NCBI GenBank assembly: GCA_965211635.1
Contig: OZ242948.1
Coordinates: 2,364,241-2,428,240, forward strand
Direction of reading: 5' to 3'
DNA length: 64,000 nt
From: Dehalococcoidia bacterium
Lineage (GTDB): Bacteria; Chloroflexota; Dehalococcoidia; Bin125
The notes beneath the pieces were generated by a model. That model saw only the letters and a list, made by a program, of their open reading frames with translations, was not told the origin of the DNA and made no database searches. Positions 10,533 through 19,008 of the stretch are shown piece by piece. The position numbers and the translations under genes are program-made. The stretch's first letter is position 1. Each line of letters begins with the position of its first letter.

Positions 10533-10579
10533 TTCTCCCCCCGCGCAAGCGGGGGGAGATACCGAAGGCAGAGGGGGGC
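10533..10579 (+). repeat. Family A double-hairpin repeat
   Basis: TCTCCCCCCGC-GCAA-GCGGGGGGAGA-TACCGAAGGCA-GAGGGGGG between convergent genes. Confidence 0.9.
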
Positions 10580-10616
10580 ACCCAGCAGTCGAGGGGCCGC
10601 TGTTCCTACCTCCCCG

Positions 10617-11999
10617 CTAGACCTCAAGCTCCGGACGCTGCATAATCCAGTCCGTCGACTGCTCATACGCGTGCGCCACCCGACAGACCGTCGCCTCGTC
10701 GAAGTGCCGGCCGCCGATCATCAAGCCGATCGGCATCCCGTTGCGGTCGTATCCGCAGGGAATCGAGATCGCAGGAATCCCCGTCACGTCGTAAGGCGCC
10801 GTCAACCGAGCCAGCTCCGCCGTCGGGTCGCCGTCCTCAATCAGCGGAGCCGTCCTCGAGCAAGTCGGCGAGATCAGCACGTCCACCTCCTGCAAGACCT
10901 CGACGGTCTCATCGATGAACTTGCGCCGCACTCGCTGATCGTTGATGTACTCCACCGCCGAGACCGCCAGACCCGCCTCGACCCGCTCGAGAATGTCGCC
11001 GTACTCGTCCCGCCGCTCGCGCAGCCACTTCTCGTGATAGGCGGCCGCCTCGGCGATGATCGTCAGTCCGCGCGGACGGCCCGTCTGCAGCGGCATCTCG
11101 ACCTCGGTCACGGTCGCGCCCATGCTGCGCAGGTGATCGACCGCGATCTCGCAGTGCTCAACCACGTCCTCCTCACAGCCCTGCCAGAGCATCTGCCGCG
11201 GAATGCCTATCCGGATCCCGTCCACCCCCTCAACCAGCGTCTCGGTGCAGTCGCCAACCGGCACGTCGGCACTGCCCGGATCTGCAGCGTCGTAGCCCGC
11301 GATCGCGTTCAGCACCAGCCCCGCGTCCTCGACTGTCTTTGTCAATGGGCCGACATGGTCCAGAGTCCATGAGAGCGGCAATACGCCCCGCCGCGACACC
11401 CGTCCGTACGTCCCCATCAGACCGGTCACGCCGCACAGGCTGGCCGGAATGCGGATGCTGCCGCCCGTGTCCGAGCCCAGCGCCCCAAGCGACGAACCCA
11501 CCGCCACCGATGCCCCCGAGCCACCGCTCGAACCGCCCGGCGTCCGCGACACGTCCCACGGGTTGCAGACCGGGCCGTAGTGCGGATTGGCGCTGGTCGT
11601 CCCAAAGGCGAACTCATGCAGATTCAGCTTGCCCGGCATCACCGCGCCGGCTTCCTTGAGTTTCGTGTAGACCACCGCGTCGGAGTCGGGCACGCGGTCG
11701 CGCAGGAATCCGCCGCCGCCTGTGGTGGGAATCCCCGCCGTGTCGACCAGGTCCTTCAGCGCCACCGGAATCCCGTGCAACGGACCCAGGTCGCGCCCGT
11801 CCCGTAGCAGATCGTCCGCCGCCGATGCCTGCTCGCGCGCTAGCTCCTCCGTGACCGTGATGTACGCGTTGAGCAGCGGCTCGGTCGCTTCCAGCCGCGA
11901 CAACACCGACTCGGTCAGCGCTGTCGAAGTTAGCGATCCGTCTCGCAAGGCGACGCCCGCTTCTACGATCGAGAGTTCATACGGCTCGCGATGGTCCAT
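10617..11999 (-). CDS. Amidase-signature family enzyme (GatA/AtzE-like)
   Basis: ALKD, GGSSGGSG, GSDTGGSIRIPA amidase signature; start at MDHREP. Confidence 0.92.
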   Translation of the reverse strand: MDHREPYELSIVEAGVALRDGSLTSTALTESVLSRLEATEPLLNAYITVTEELAREQASAADDLLRDGRDLGPLHGIPVALKDLVDTAGIPTTGGGGFLRDRVPDSDAVVYTKLKEAGAVMPGKLNLHEFAFGTTSANPHYGPVCNPWDVSRTPGGSSGGSGASVAVGSSLGALGSDTGGSIRIPASLCGVTGLMGTYGRVSRRGVLPLSWTLDHVGPLTKTVEDAGLVLNAIAGYDAADPGSADVPVGDCTETLVEGVDGIRIGIPRQMLWQGCEEDVVEHCEIAVDHLRSMGATVTEVEMPLQTGRPRGLTIIAEAAAYHEKWLRERRDEYGDILERVEAGLAVSAVEYINDQRVRRKFIDETVEVLQEVDVLISPTCSRTAPLIEDGDPTAELARLTAPYDVTGIPAISIPCGYDRNGMPIGLMIGGRHFDEATVCRVAHAYEQSTDWIMQRPELEV

Positions 12000-12000
12000 C

Positions 12001-12222
12001 TCAGCCCTCCTCACCGTCGCGCAGTTCGCCGATGTCGAATCGCAAGCCAAATGCCGGCTCGGTCTCGCCCAAATCGGGCAACGGTTCGCTGCGCAGAGCG
12101 TTTTTCAATGTTCGCGTCATGATCGGCAGCGCGCGTTCCAGGTCCGCAAGATCCGCCTGGTTCGCGGGTGCGCCTAACGACTCGGCAAACGCCGCCAATG
12201 CCTCCAGTGGTGAGTCGGCCAT
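12001..12222 (-). CDS. Small protein, putative amidase accessory subunit (AtzG/GatC-like position)
   Basis: 73 aa, RBS GGAGAGGAG upstream, C-terminal EPAFGL, stop 1 nt before the amidase ATG. Confidence 0.6.
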   Translation of the reverse strand: MADSPLEALAAFAESLGAPANQADLADLERALPIMTRTLKNALRSEPLPDLGETEPAFGLRFDIGELRDGEEG

Positions 12223-12326
12223 GCCTGCTCCTCTCCCGCTCGGTTTCGGCTAGATGATACGGGCGCTGCCCTTATCCTGCCCTCATCCAGTCCGTATTCG
12301 CGAACCAACAGATCACGCTGCGAGGA

Positions 12327-13124
12327 GTGTCCCCGATGGCCGATGAAGTCCTCTTCGATGTGTCCGAGCGAGTCGCTACGATCACACTCAACCGACCCGA
12401 CAAGATGAACACGATCAACAGCGCTCTTGGCTCGCAGTTGATCGAGTCGTTGGTCGAGGTCCGCAACAACGACGAGATTCGCTCGGCCGTGATAACCGGT
12501 GCCGGCGACCGCGCCTTCTGCGCCGGCGCCGACCTGACCCAGGGCGACGGACCCGCCGCCTCCGCCGGCCCGGCGGGACACTTCCCCACAAACGTCGCCG
12601 ACCGCTTCGACGAGTTCGACGCCAAGAAGCCGCTGATCGCCGCGATCAACGGCCACGCCCTCGGCGGAGGATTCGAGATCGCCCTGGTCTGCGACCTGCG
12701 CATCGGCGCCGAAAATGCCCGCGCCCGCCTCGGACTGCCAGAGATCACCCTCGGCTTCTTCCCACTCGCCGGCGGCCCGATGCGCCTGCCCCGCGCCATC
12801 CCCCAGGCTTACGCCAACGAAATGCTCTACCTCGGCCGACGCCTGAGCATGGAGGAGGCCCTGCAGTGGGGCGTCATCTCCCGCCTCGTCCCCCAGGAAC
12901 AGCTCCTCCCGACCGCCCAGGAGATGGCCGCCCAGGTCGCCGGCTACGCCCCCATCGCCGTCCGCGCGATGAAAGAGCTGATCAACGCCCAGGCAGACAT
13001 GACCCTCGCCCAGGCCAACCGCTTCGGAGGCTCCCTCCGCTGGATCGTCGGCCAAACCGCCGACTCCAAGGAAGGCCCCCGAGCCTTCGCCGAAGGCCGC
13101 CAACCCGAGTTCAAGGGCGAGTAA
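12327..13124 (+). CDS. Enoyl-CoA hydratase/isomerase
   Basis: TLNRPDKMN, AFCAGADL, AAINGHALGGGFE, LGLPE. Confidence 0.93.
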   Translation: MSPMADEVLFDVSERVATITLNRPDKMNTINSALGSQLIESLVEVRNNDEIRSAVITGAGDRAFCAGADLTQGDGPAASAGPAGHFPTNVADRFDEFDAKKPLIAAINGHALGGGFEIALVCDLRIGAENARARLGLPEITLGFFPLAGGPMRLPRAIPQAYANEMLYLGRRLSMEEALQWGVISRLVPQEQLLPTAQEMAAQVAGYAPIAVRAMKELINAQADMTLAQANRFGGSLRWIVGQTADSKEGPRAFAEGRQPEFKGE

Positions 13125-13185
13125 GGCCACTTGCCGGACTAACCGCGATAGTCTGGGCGTCAAGTACTCAGTTTGCGAGATCTGC

Positions 13186-13485
13186 ATGTCTGCTCCCGAC
13201 CGCCGACCTGTCACAATCAACCTCGACGCCGAACTCCACCGGAGCCTGTGTGAGGCGGCTGAGAGCGAGGGCATGGACGTGCCTTCGTACTGCCGTAGCG
13301 TCATCGAGCGCGACCTCAGCACGGCCACAGAAGCGCGCGTCAGTGGTGGTAAGCCGTTCGACATCGATGGTCTGCTCGCATTCCGCGACGAGCTGCTGGG
13401 CGATCGAGTGTTCCCAGGCAACTCAGTCGATCTGATTCGCGAAGCTCGTGAAGAACGAACGAAGCAACTGGACGAGTGGCGGTGA
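13186..13485 (+). CDS. Putative VapB-like antitoxin (RHH-like N-terminus)
   Basis: VTINLDAELHRSL N-terminus, C-terminal SVDLIREAREER typical of VapB-like antitoxins; GTGA overlap with the PIN gene. Confidence 0.75.
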   Translation: MSAPDRRPVTINLDAELHRSLCEAAESEGMDVPSYCRSVIERDLSTATEARVSGGKPFDIDGLLAFRDELLGDRVFPGNSVDLIREAREERTKQLDEWR

Positions 13486-13919
13486 CTGTCGTTGTTGATG
13501 CCAACATCGCAGTCAAGTGGTTGATTCGCGAACACGACTCCAACACAGCGTCCGCGCTTGCGAATCAGTGGAGCCGCGACTCGGTCCGAGTCACTGCCCC
13601 CTACACGCTTCTTGGTGAGACCTCCAACACCTTGCATCAGCGAGTCCGGCGTGACCGTTTAGAGGTGAGCGCGGCAACAGCGCTGATTCGACGACTCAGG
13701 TCAACCGGGATCGAGTTTCATCACGCCTTTGCGTTCTATCCACGAGCGATAGAACTCGCCCGCCAACTCGATCAGGGTGCTGTCTACGATTCCATCTACC
13801 TGGCCTTGGCCGAGTCCCTTGACTGCGAACTCTGGACCGCTGACGAACGTTTCCAGCGCGCCGCACGAGAACGGTTTCCGCGCGTCCGCCTCCTCGCAGA
13901 TCTCGACCCTCTAGCCTGA
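13482..13919 (+). CDS. vapC: VapC-family PIN toxin
   Basis: VVVDANIAVKWL, E at LGET, YDSIYLALA, LWTADERF. Confidence 0.9.
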   Translation: MTVVVDANIAVKWLIREHDSNTASALANQWSRDSVRVTAPYTLLGETSNTLHQRVRRDRLEVSAATALIRRLRSTGIEFHHAFAFYPRAIELARQLDQGAVYDSIYLALAESLDCELWTADERFQRAARERFPRVRLLADLDPLA

Positions 13920-13944
13920 GACCCTGCACGACTGGATCCAACCC

Positions 13945-14535
13945 ATGAGAAGCCAGGAATCGCTCAACGAACTCCGCTACCTCCGACGCATCCACGAGGA
14001 CGTCGAGGATCAGTGGCGCGCCCGACAACCCGACCTCGACCGTCTGCACCGCCTCATGGCCCTGCTATACACCAGCCACGGCCTGGTCTGGAAGTCGCAG
14101 GGTTGCAGCGGTTCAGGCGAGCACGACTTTTTCGCCAGCGAGATCGTCGATGACGCACTGCGCATCGAGCGCTCCAACCGCCACGCGCCGCACAAGGCCT
14201 TCAACAAGTTCGAGGAATGGCGCTGCGAGGCCTGTAGCTGGGACCACAACGCCCTCTACACCTACTGGGCCACGAACGCGCCCGCCGGCGAGGGCTTCCA
14301 ACCGGTCGACGCCATGAACGACCACCGAGCCATGCACGAGCGAGCAGAACAGGGTCTCGACCAACCCCTCCCCGAAGCCCTCGACATCCGCAACAACGCC
14401 GCTTCCATCCGCCTCGAGGCCAACGCCCGCATCGCCGAGCGCCTCGCCCAATGGACCGCCCAGGGCCTCCTCAGCGACAACGTCGACGAACGCTACGCAT
14501 CCGAACTCACCGATCCAGTCCCGGTCCCAGCCTGA
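13945..14535 (+). CDS. Hypothetical protein with Cys/His cluster
   Basis: 196-aa ORF with host-like codon usage; GC...EH...CEAC..DH. Confidence 0.7.
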   Translation: MRSQESLNELRYLRRIHEDVEDQWRARQPDLDRLHRLMALLYTSHGLVWKSQGCSGSGEHDFFASEIVDDALRIERSNRHAPHKAFNKFEEWRCEACSWDHNALYTYWATNAPAGEGFQPVDAMNDHRAMHERAEQGLDQPLPEALDIRNNAASIRLEANARIAERLAQWTAQGLLSDNVDERYASELTDPVPVPA

Positions 14536-14553
14536 ACGCACATCGGCGTCGAG

Positions 14554-14820
14554 TTAGGTCCGCACCAGTTCAGTCAAGACTTCCAGATCAGAGGGTCCCT
14601 GCTCCTTGATCACGGAGAGCAAGTCCGCTTCGTCAGGTAAACCACGAAGGTCTAGCCGGCCGTCGATCCTGATGAATTCGACTCCCAAAACAGCACCGTT
14701 GGCGTCAACATCAACCAAGCGATCGTCGCCGAACGTCCTCGTGGTCGCAATCTTTCCGGCGCGCAGGCGCACATAGAGTATGTCGCCCACGTCATTGAAC
14801 TTCACTGACGCAGTCATCAT
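14554..14820 (-). CDS. DUF2283-family protein
   Basis: DILYVRL...DVDANGAVLGVEFI pattern. Confidence 0.8.
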   Translation of the reverse strand: MMTASVKFNDVGDILYVRLRAGKIATTRTFGDDRLVDVDANGAVLGVEFIRIDGRLDLRGLPDEADLLSVIKEQGPSDLEVLTELVRT

Positions 14821-14828
14821 CGGCTCCG

Positions 14829-15062
14829 TTACTCGCCATGCCAGTCGACAGTGGCGACTCGCGGCGGATCTGAACCGTCCCTGACGTAGACCTTGCAGGT
14901 TCGTGCGCCGATCATCCGCAGGTGAATCGTACAAGGTTCGCGCCGTCTGATGGCGGGTCGTGTCTGGTCGGGTTCCTGCACTGTCAGTTCCACCGCCTCC
15001 AGATCAACTTCTCGCTCCTCCATCTGCTCTAGTGCCTGAGGCTCGAACTCGATGTGGTGCAT
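14829..15062 (-). CDS. DUF4258-like small protein (putative BECR-fold toxin)
   Basis: IEFEPQALEQMEEREVDLEAVELTVQEPD resembles the F..HA..RM.ER.I....V.....PD pattern; sits directly upstream of DUF2283. Confidence 0.7.
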   Translation of the reverse strand: MHHIEFEPQALEQMEEREVDLEAVELTVQEPDQTRPAIRRREPCTIHLRMIGARTCKVYVRDGSDPPRVATVDWHGE

Positions 15063-15118
15063 GATCCGCGTCGCTCTTTGGGGTCAGGGTGACCGCGCCA
15101 GCGCGTATCCTACCCCCC

Positions 15119-16297
15119 ATGACCTACCTCCCCCTCGACCATCTCTTCGTCCTCGACCTCACCCGCGCTCGCGCCGGCCCCACTGCGACGCGGCAACTCG
15201 GCGACTGGGGCGCCGACGTGCTCAAGATCGAACAGCCCGAAGAAGGCGAGGGCATGACTGGAGGGCGCGAGTCCTCCGACTTCCTCAATCTGCACCGCAA
15301 CAAGCGCTCCCTCACCCTGAATCTCAAGGAGCCCGAGGCCGTCGAGATCTTTCTCACCCTCGTCGAGCGCGCCGATGTCGTCGTCGAGAACTACCGTGCC
15401 GACGTCAAGCGGCGCCTCGGCATCGACTACGACGCCTGCCGCGCGCGCAACCCGCGCATCGTCTACGGCTCGATCTCCGGCTTCGGCCAGGACGGACCCT
15501 ACGCCTGGCGCGCCGGCGTCGACCAGATCGCCCAGGGACTCGGCGGGATCATGTCCGTCAACGGACTCCCGGGCTCAGGACCGGTCCGCGTCGGCATCCC
15601 CATCGCCGATCTCACTGCTGGCGGATTCCTCGCCCAGGCCATCCTGATCGCACTGCTTGAGCGCGAGCGCTCCGGCGAAGGCCAGTGGGTCCATACCTCA
15701 CTGCTCGAGGCCCAGATCGCCATGCTCGACCTCCAGGCCACCCGCTGGACCATCGACGGCGAAGTCCCGCCTCAGGCCGGCAACGATCATCCCACCTCGA
15801 TGCCGACCGGCGTCTATGAGACCGCCGACGGACACATCAACATCGCCGCCTCCGGCGGCGTCATGTTCACCCGACTCTGCCGAGCCATCGTCGCCGAAGG
15901 ACTGCTCGACCACCCCGATTACGCCTCCTCCGTGCGCCGCTCGAAGAACCGAGTCGCCCTCAACGAGGCGATTAACAAGCGCACTCGCACCAACACCTCC
16001 GAGTACTGGATCCAGTGCCTCAACGAGGCCGGAGTCCCCTGCGGACCGATCTACGACATTCCCGGCACCTTCGAGGACGAACAGGTCAAGCACCTCAACA
16101 TCGCCCGCCAGGCGCCGCACCCCGTGCGAGGCGAGATCACCGTCGTCGGACAACCGATCAACCTCGCGCGAACTCCCCAACCCGACAAAATGCGCCTCGG
16201 AACCCCAGCCCTCGGACAACACAACCACGAAGTCCTCACCGACCTCGGCTACACCCCCGCCGCCATCGCCGACCTCAACGCCCGCGGCGTCATCTGA
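15119..16297 (+). CDS. Family III (CaiB/BaiF) CoA transferase
   Basis: LDLTRARAGP, GADVLKIE, RNKRS, VVENYR, ISGFGQDGPY, catalytic Asp in PIADL. Confidence 0.95.
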   Translation: MTYLPLDHLFVLDLTRARAGPTATRQLGDWGADVLKIEQPEEGEGMTGGRESSDFLNLHRNKRSLTLNLKEPEAVEIFLTLVERADVVVENYRADVKRRLGIDYDACRARNPRIVYGSISGFGQDGPYAWRAGVDQIAQGLGGIMSVNGLPGSGPVRVGIPIADLTAGGFLAQAILIALLERERSGEGQWVHTSLLEAQIAMLDLQATRWTIDGEVPPQAGNDHPTSMPTGVYETADGHINIAASGGVMFTRLCRAIVAEGLLDHPDYASSVRRSKNRVALNEAINKRTRTNTSEYWIQCLNEAGVPCGPIYDIPGTFEDEQVKHLNIARQAPHPVRGEITVVGQPINLARTPQPDKMRLGTPALGQHNHEVLTDLGYTPAAIADLNARGVI

Positions 16298-16303
16298 CTT
16301 TCC

Positions 16304-16395
16304 ATCTCCCCCCGCCGTCAGGCGGGGGGAGATGCCGACCACATCCTTCCTCTCCCCCCGCGAAGCGGGGGGAGATGCCGAAGGCAGAGGGGGGC
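16304..16395 (+). repeat. Two tandem family A repeats (first partial)
   Basis: ATCTCCCCCCGCC-GTCA-GGCGGGGGGAGATGCCG followed by CTCTCCCCCCGC-GAA-GCGGGGGGAGATGCCGAAGGCAGAGGGGGG. Confidence 0.9.
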
Positions 16396-16448
16396 ACTCG
16401 GCCGCAGGGACTACCATCCCACCAAACCGCCTCACAGGAGACCCCCCA

Positions 16449-17255
16449 ATGAAGCACCACATCGCCCTTGACACCGACAAGATGCTCGCATGGTCCGAGG
16501 ACGGCATCGGCTGGATGGTCTTCAACAACCCCGAGAAGCTCAACGCCATGGGCGTCGCCATGAACGCCGCCATCCCGACCATCATGCACACCTTCCGCGA
16601 CGACCCCGACGTCCGCGTCGTCGTGATGGCCGGCGCCGGCGACCGCGCCTTCGTCTCCGGCGCCGACATCTCCGAGTTCGAAGCCCAGCGTTCCAACCCC
16701 GAGACGATCAAGAAGTACGACGAAATCGGCGCCGCCGCCGGTCGCGCTTACGGCGAGCTGGACAAGCCGATCATCGCCATGATCCAGGGCTTCTGCATGG
16801 GCGGCGGACTGCTCACCGCGCTGCGCGCCGACCTGCGCATCGCCTCCGACGACTCCCAGTTCGGCGTGCCCGCCGCTCGCCTCGGGCTCGGCTACGGCTA
16901 CGGCGGCGTCAAGACGCTCTGCGACCTCGTCGGCTTCCCGGCCGCGCAGGAGATTCTGCTCACCGGCAAGCGCTTCCCCGCCGCCGACGCCGCGCGCTGG
17001 GGCCTCGTCAACCGGGTCACTACTCGCGACGAGCTCGAGCCCACCGTCCACGAGCTCGCCGCCACCATCGCCCAGAACGCCCCCAAGACCATCCGAGCCA
17101 TCCGCCGAGCCATCCAGGAAATCCCCAAGGACCCCGACCGCCGAAACCTCGACGAAGTCGACCGCCTGGTCCAGGCCTGCTTCGCCTCAGCCGACTACAA
17201 AGAAGGCCGAACCGCCTTCATGGAGAAGCGCCGCCCCGTCTTCCAGGACGCTTGA
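16449..17255 (+). CDS. Enoyl-CoA hydratase
   Basis: NNPEKLNA, AFVSGADISEF, GFCMGGG, PAARLGLGY; RBS AGGAG. Confidence 0.93.
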   Translation: MKHHIALDTDKMLAWSEDGIGWMVFNNPEKLNAMGVAMNAAIPTIMHTFRDDPDVRVVVMAGAGDRAFVSGADISEFEAQRSNPETIKKYDEIGAAAGRAYGELDKPIIAMIQGFCMGGGLLTALRADLRIASDDSQFGVPAARLGLGYGYGGVKTLCDLVGFPAAQEILLTGKRFPAADAARWGLVNRVTTRDELEPTVHELAATIAQNAPKTIRAIRRAIQEIPKDPDRRNLDEVDRLVQACFASADYKEGRTAFMEKRRPVFQDA

Positions 17256-17261
17256 CCCTCT

Positions 17262-17350
17262 CCAGTTCCTGCGCACGCAGGAACCCGCTCCACTCCCCTC
17301 TCCCCCCGCCGCAAGGCGGGGGGAGATGTCCCGTAGGGACAGTGGGGGGC
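17262..17350. repeat. Family E repeat (minus, 17262-17291) adjacent to a family A repeat (plus, 17297-17350)
   Basis: Reverse complement GAGCGGGTTCCTGCGTGCGCAGGAACTGG, then CTCTCCCCCCGCC-GCAA-GGCGGGGGGAGA-TGTCCCGTAGGGACA-GTGGGGGG. Confidence 0.85.
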
Positions 17351-17407
17351 TCCCCGCCCCACCTATGCGACAATCACCCAAGAGACCGCCATCGAGGACT
17401 ACCAGGC

Positions 17408-18850
17408 ATGGCCGAGCCCAACTGGAACAACCGCACCCTCTTCGTCGCCGACAACATCCGCATTCTCCGAGGCATGAACTCGGAGAGCGTCGACTGCATC
17501 GCCACCGACCCGCCGTTCAACAAGAAGCGCATCTTCAACGCCCCACTCGGCTCTCGGCAAGCCGCGCAGCGCTTCGACGACCGCTGGCGCTGGGACGAAG
17601 TGACCGACGAATGGCAGGACCTGATCGCCACCGACCATCCCGCGATCAAGGAGATCATCGAGGCGGCCGTCGTCATCGAAGGCGGCAGCATCGACCATCG
17701 CACCGGCAAGATCGACACTGGCCGGACCCGCAACTCGATTGCAGCGTTTCTGGCCTACATGGCGCCTCGCATGATTGAGATGCACCGTGTACTCAAACCG
17801 ACCGGCGTGCTGTTCATGCAGTGCGACACCGAGGCCAACTCCTACTTGAGACTGCTGCTCGACGCAGTGTTCGGCCGCCGCAACCTGATCAACGAGATCA
17901 CGCGTCGTCGTGTCGACTCGAAGGGGCTGATGACCAGACGGCTTGCCAACAACAGCGACGTCATCCTGGCCTATGGCAAGTCGAACAAGTACAAGTGGAA
18001 TCTGCCGTACCAGCCGTACGACATGGCTAATCTCGACGAGAAGACGCTGCAGCAGTATGACAAGACCGAGAACGGAAGGCGATACACGCTCGGTGACCTG
18101 GTCAATCCAAACGAAGATCGCCCGAATCTCAAGTACGAGTTCCTGGGCGTTACACGGGTCTGGCGCTGGACTCGCGAACGGATGGAGGCGGCGCTCGCCG
18201 AAGGGCGTGTGGTCCAGGCGAAAACAGGCAACGTTCCGCGATACAAGCGGTTCCTTGATGAGCAGCCGGGCAAGCCGCATGACGACATCTGGGACGACGT
18301 TGTGCAGTTGGAAACGAGCGAGTTGGACTGGGACACGCGTAAGCCGCTCAGCCTGTACAAGCGGTTGATCGAGTGCGGGAGTGACGAGGGCGATGTCGTT
18401 CTCGACCCGTTCGCGGGCTGCGCGACGGCCTGCGTCGCGGCGGAGGTACTAGGCCGCCAGTGGGTCGGTATCGACATCGATCCCGTCGCTGAGGAAGCGA
18501 CCTACGTCCGCCTGCGCGAGGCCACCGGCCTGAACATGACCGAGCAGCCGGTCACGGTCCGCAAGTCACCGCCACGCCGCCAGGACGTGGACCGCGTCCC
18601 CGACGACAAGCTGCGAGACGCCCTCTGGAGCAGGCAGGCCCGCCGCTGCGCCAATCCCTACTGCGACTCTGAGAATCTCCGCAAGGTCGACCTCCAGCTC
18701 GACCACCGCATCCCAAGAGTCCGAGGCGGCGACGACGGAGTGCTCAATCGAATCGGCCTTTGCGGCAACTGCAACGGTCGCAAGGGAGCGAAGGCGTGGG
18801 GTCGGTGTCTTGATGAGGAACGGGCCAAGCTGCCCCACGAACGGGTGTAG
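17408..18850 (+). CDS. N6A/N4C DNA methyltransferase (beta order) fused to a C-terminal HNH endonuclease
   Basis: Motif IV DCIATDPPFN, motif I LDPFAGCATA; C-terminal CANPYC...LDHRIP..RGG...N...LCGNCNGRKG. Confidence 0.9.
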   Translation: MAEPNWNNRTLFVADNIRILRGMNSESVDCIATDPPFNKKRIFNAPLGSRQAAQRFDDRWRWDEVTDEWQDLIATDHPAIKEIIEAAVVIEGGSIDHRTGKIDTGRTRNSIAAFLAYMAPRMIEMHRVLKPTGVLFMQCDTEANSYLRLLLDAVFGRRNLINEITRRRVDSKGLMTRRLANNSDVILAYGKSNKYKWNLPYQPYDMANLDEKTLQQYDKTENGRRYTLGDLVNPNEDRPNLKYEFLGVTRVWRWTRERMEAALAEGRVVQAKTGNVPRYKRFLDEQPGKPHDDIWDDVVQLETSELDWDTRKPLSLYKRLIECGSDEGDVVLDPFAGCATACVAAEVLGRQWVGIDIDPVAEEATYVRLREATGLNMTEQPVTVRKSPPRRQDVDRVPDDKLRDALWSRQARRCANPYCDSENLRKVDLQLDHRIPRVRGGDDGVLNRIGLCGNCNGRKGAKAWGRCLDEERAKLPHERV

Positions 18851-19008
18851 GGCGGACGAATGTGGAGAATCTCCGTGCCTAGCCCGCCGAGGTCTTCTCA
18901 CTGTGTCGGCTCCCGGCGCCTGAGTCGTTCGGGGGGACTCGGCGGTAGTGAAGCCTTAACGGGTCGTCAGCGTCGACAAGACACAAGCTAGTCAGAAACA
19001 GGGGGAGC

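Noticed and set aside
10533-10579. Family A repeats as ordinary rho-independent terminators
   Set aside because: No U-tract follows the stems, and copies also occur inside operons and coding regions.
10617-12222. gatCA of the Glu-tRNA amidotransferase
   Set aside because: No gatB adjacent and the small ORF does not resemble GatC convincingly; called a generic amidase.
15657-18850. Long ORF-track extensions suggesting fusions (15657-17255 and 16490-18850)
   Set aside because: The N-terminal parts are off-frame shadows of the upstream GC-rich genes running through stop-free repeats; real starts are at 16449 and 17408.
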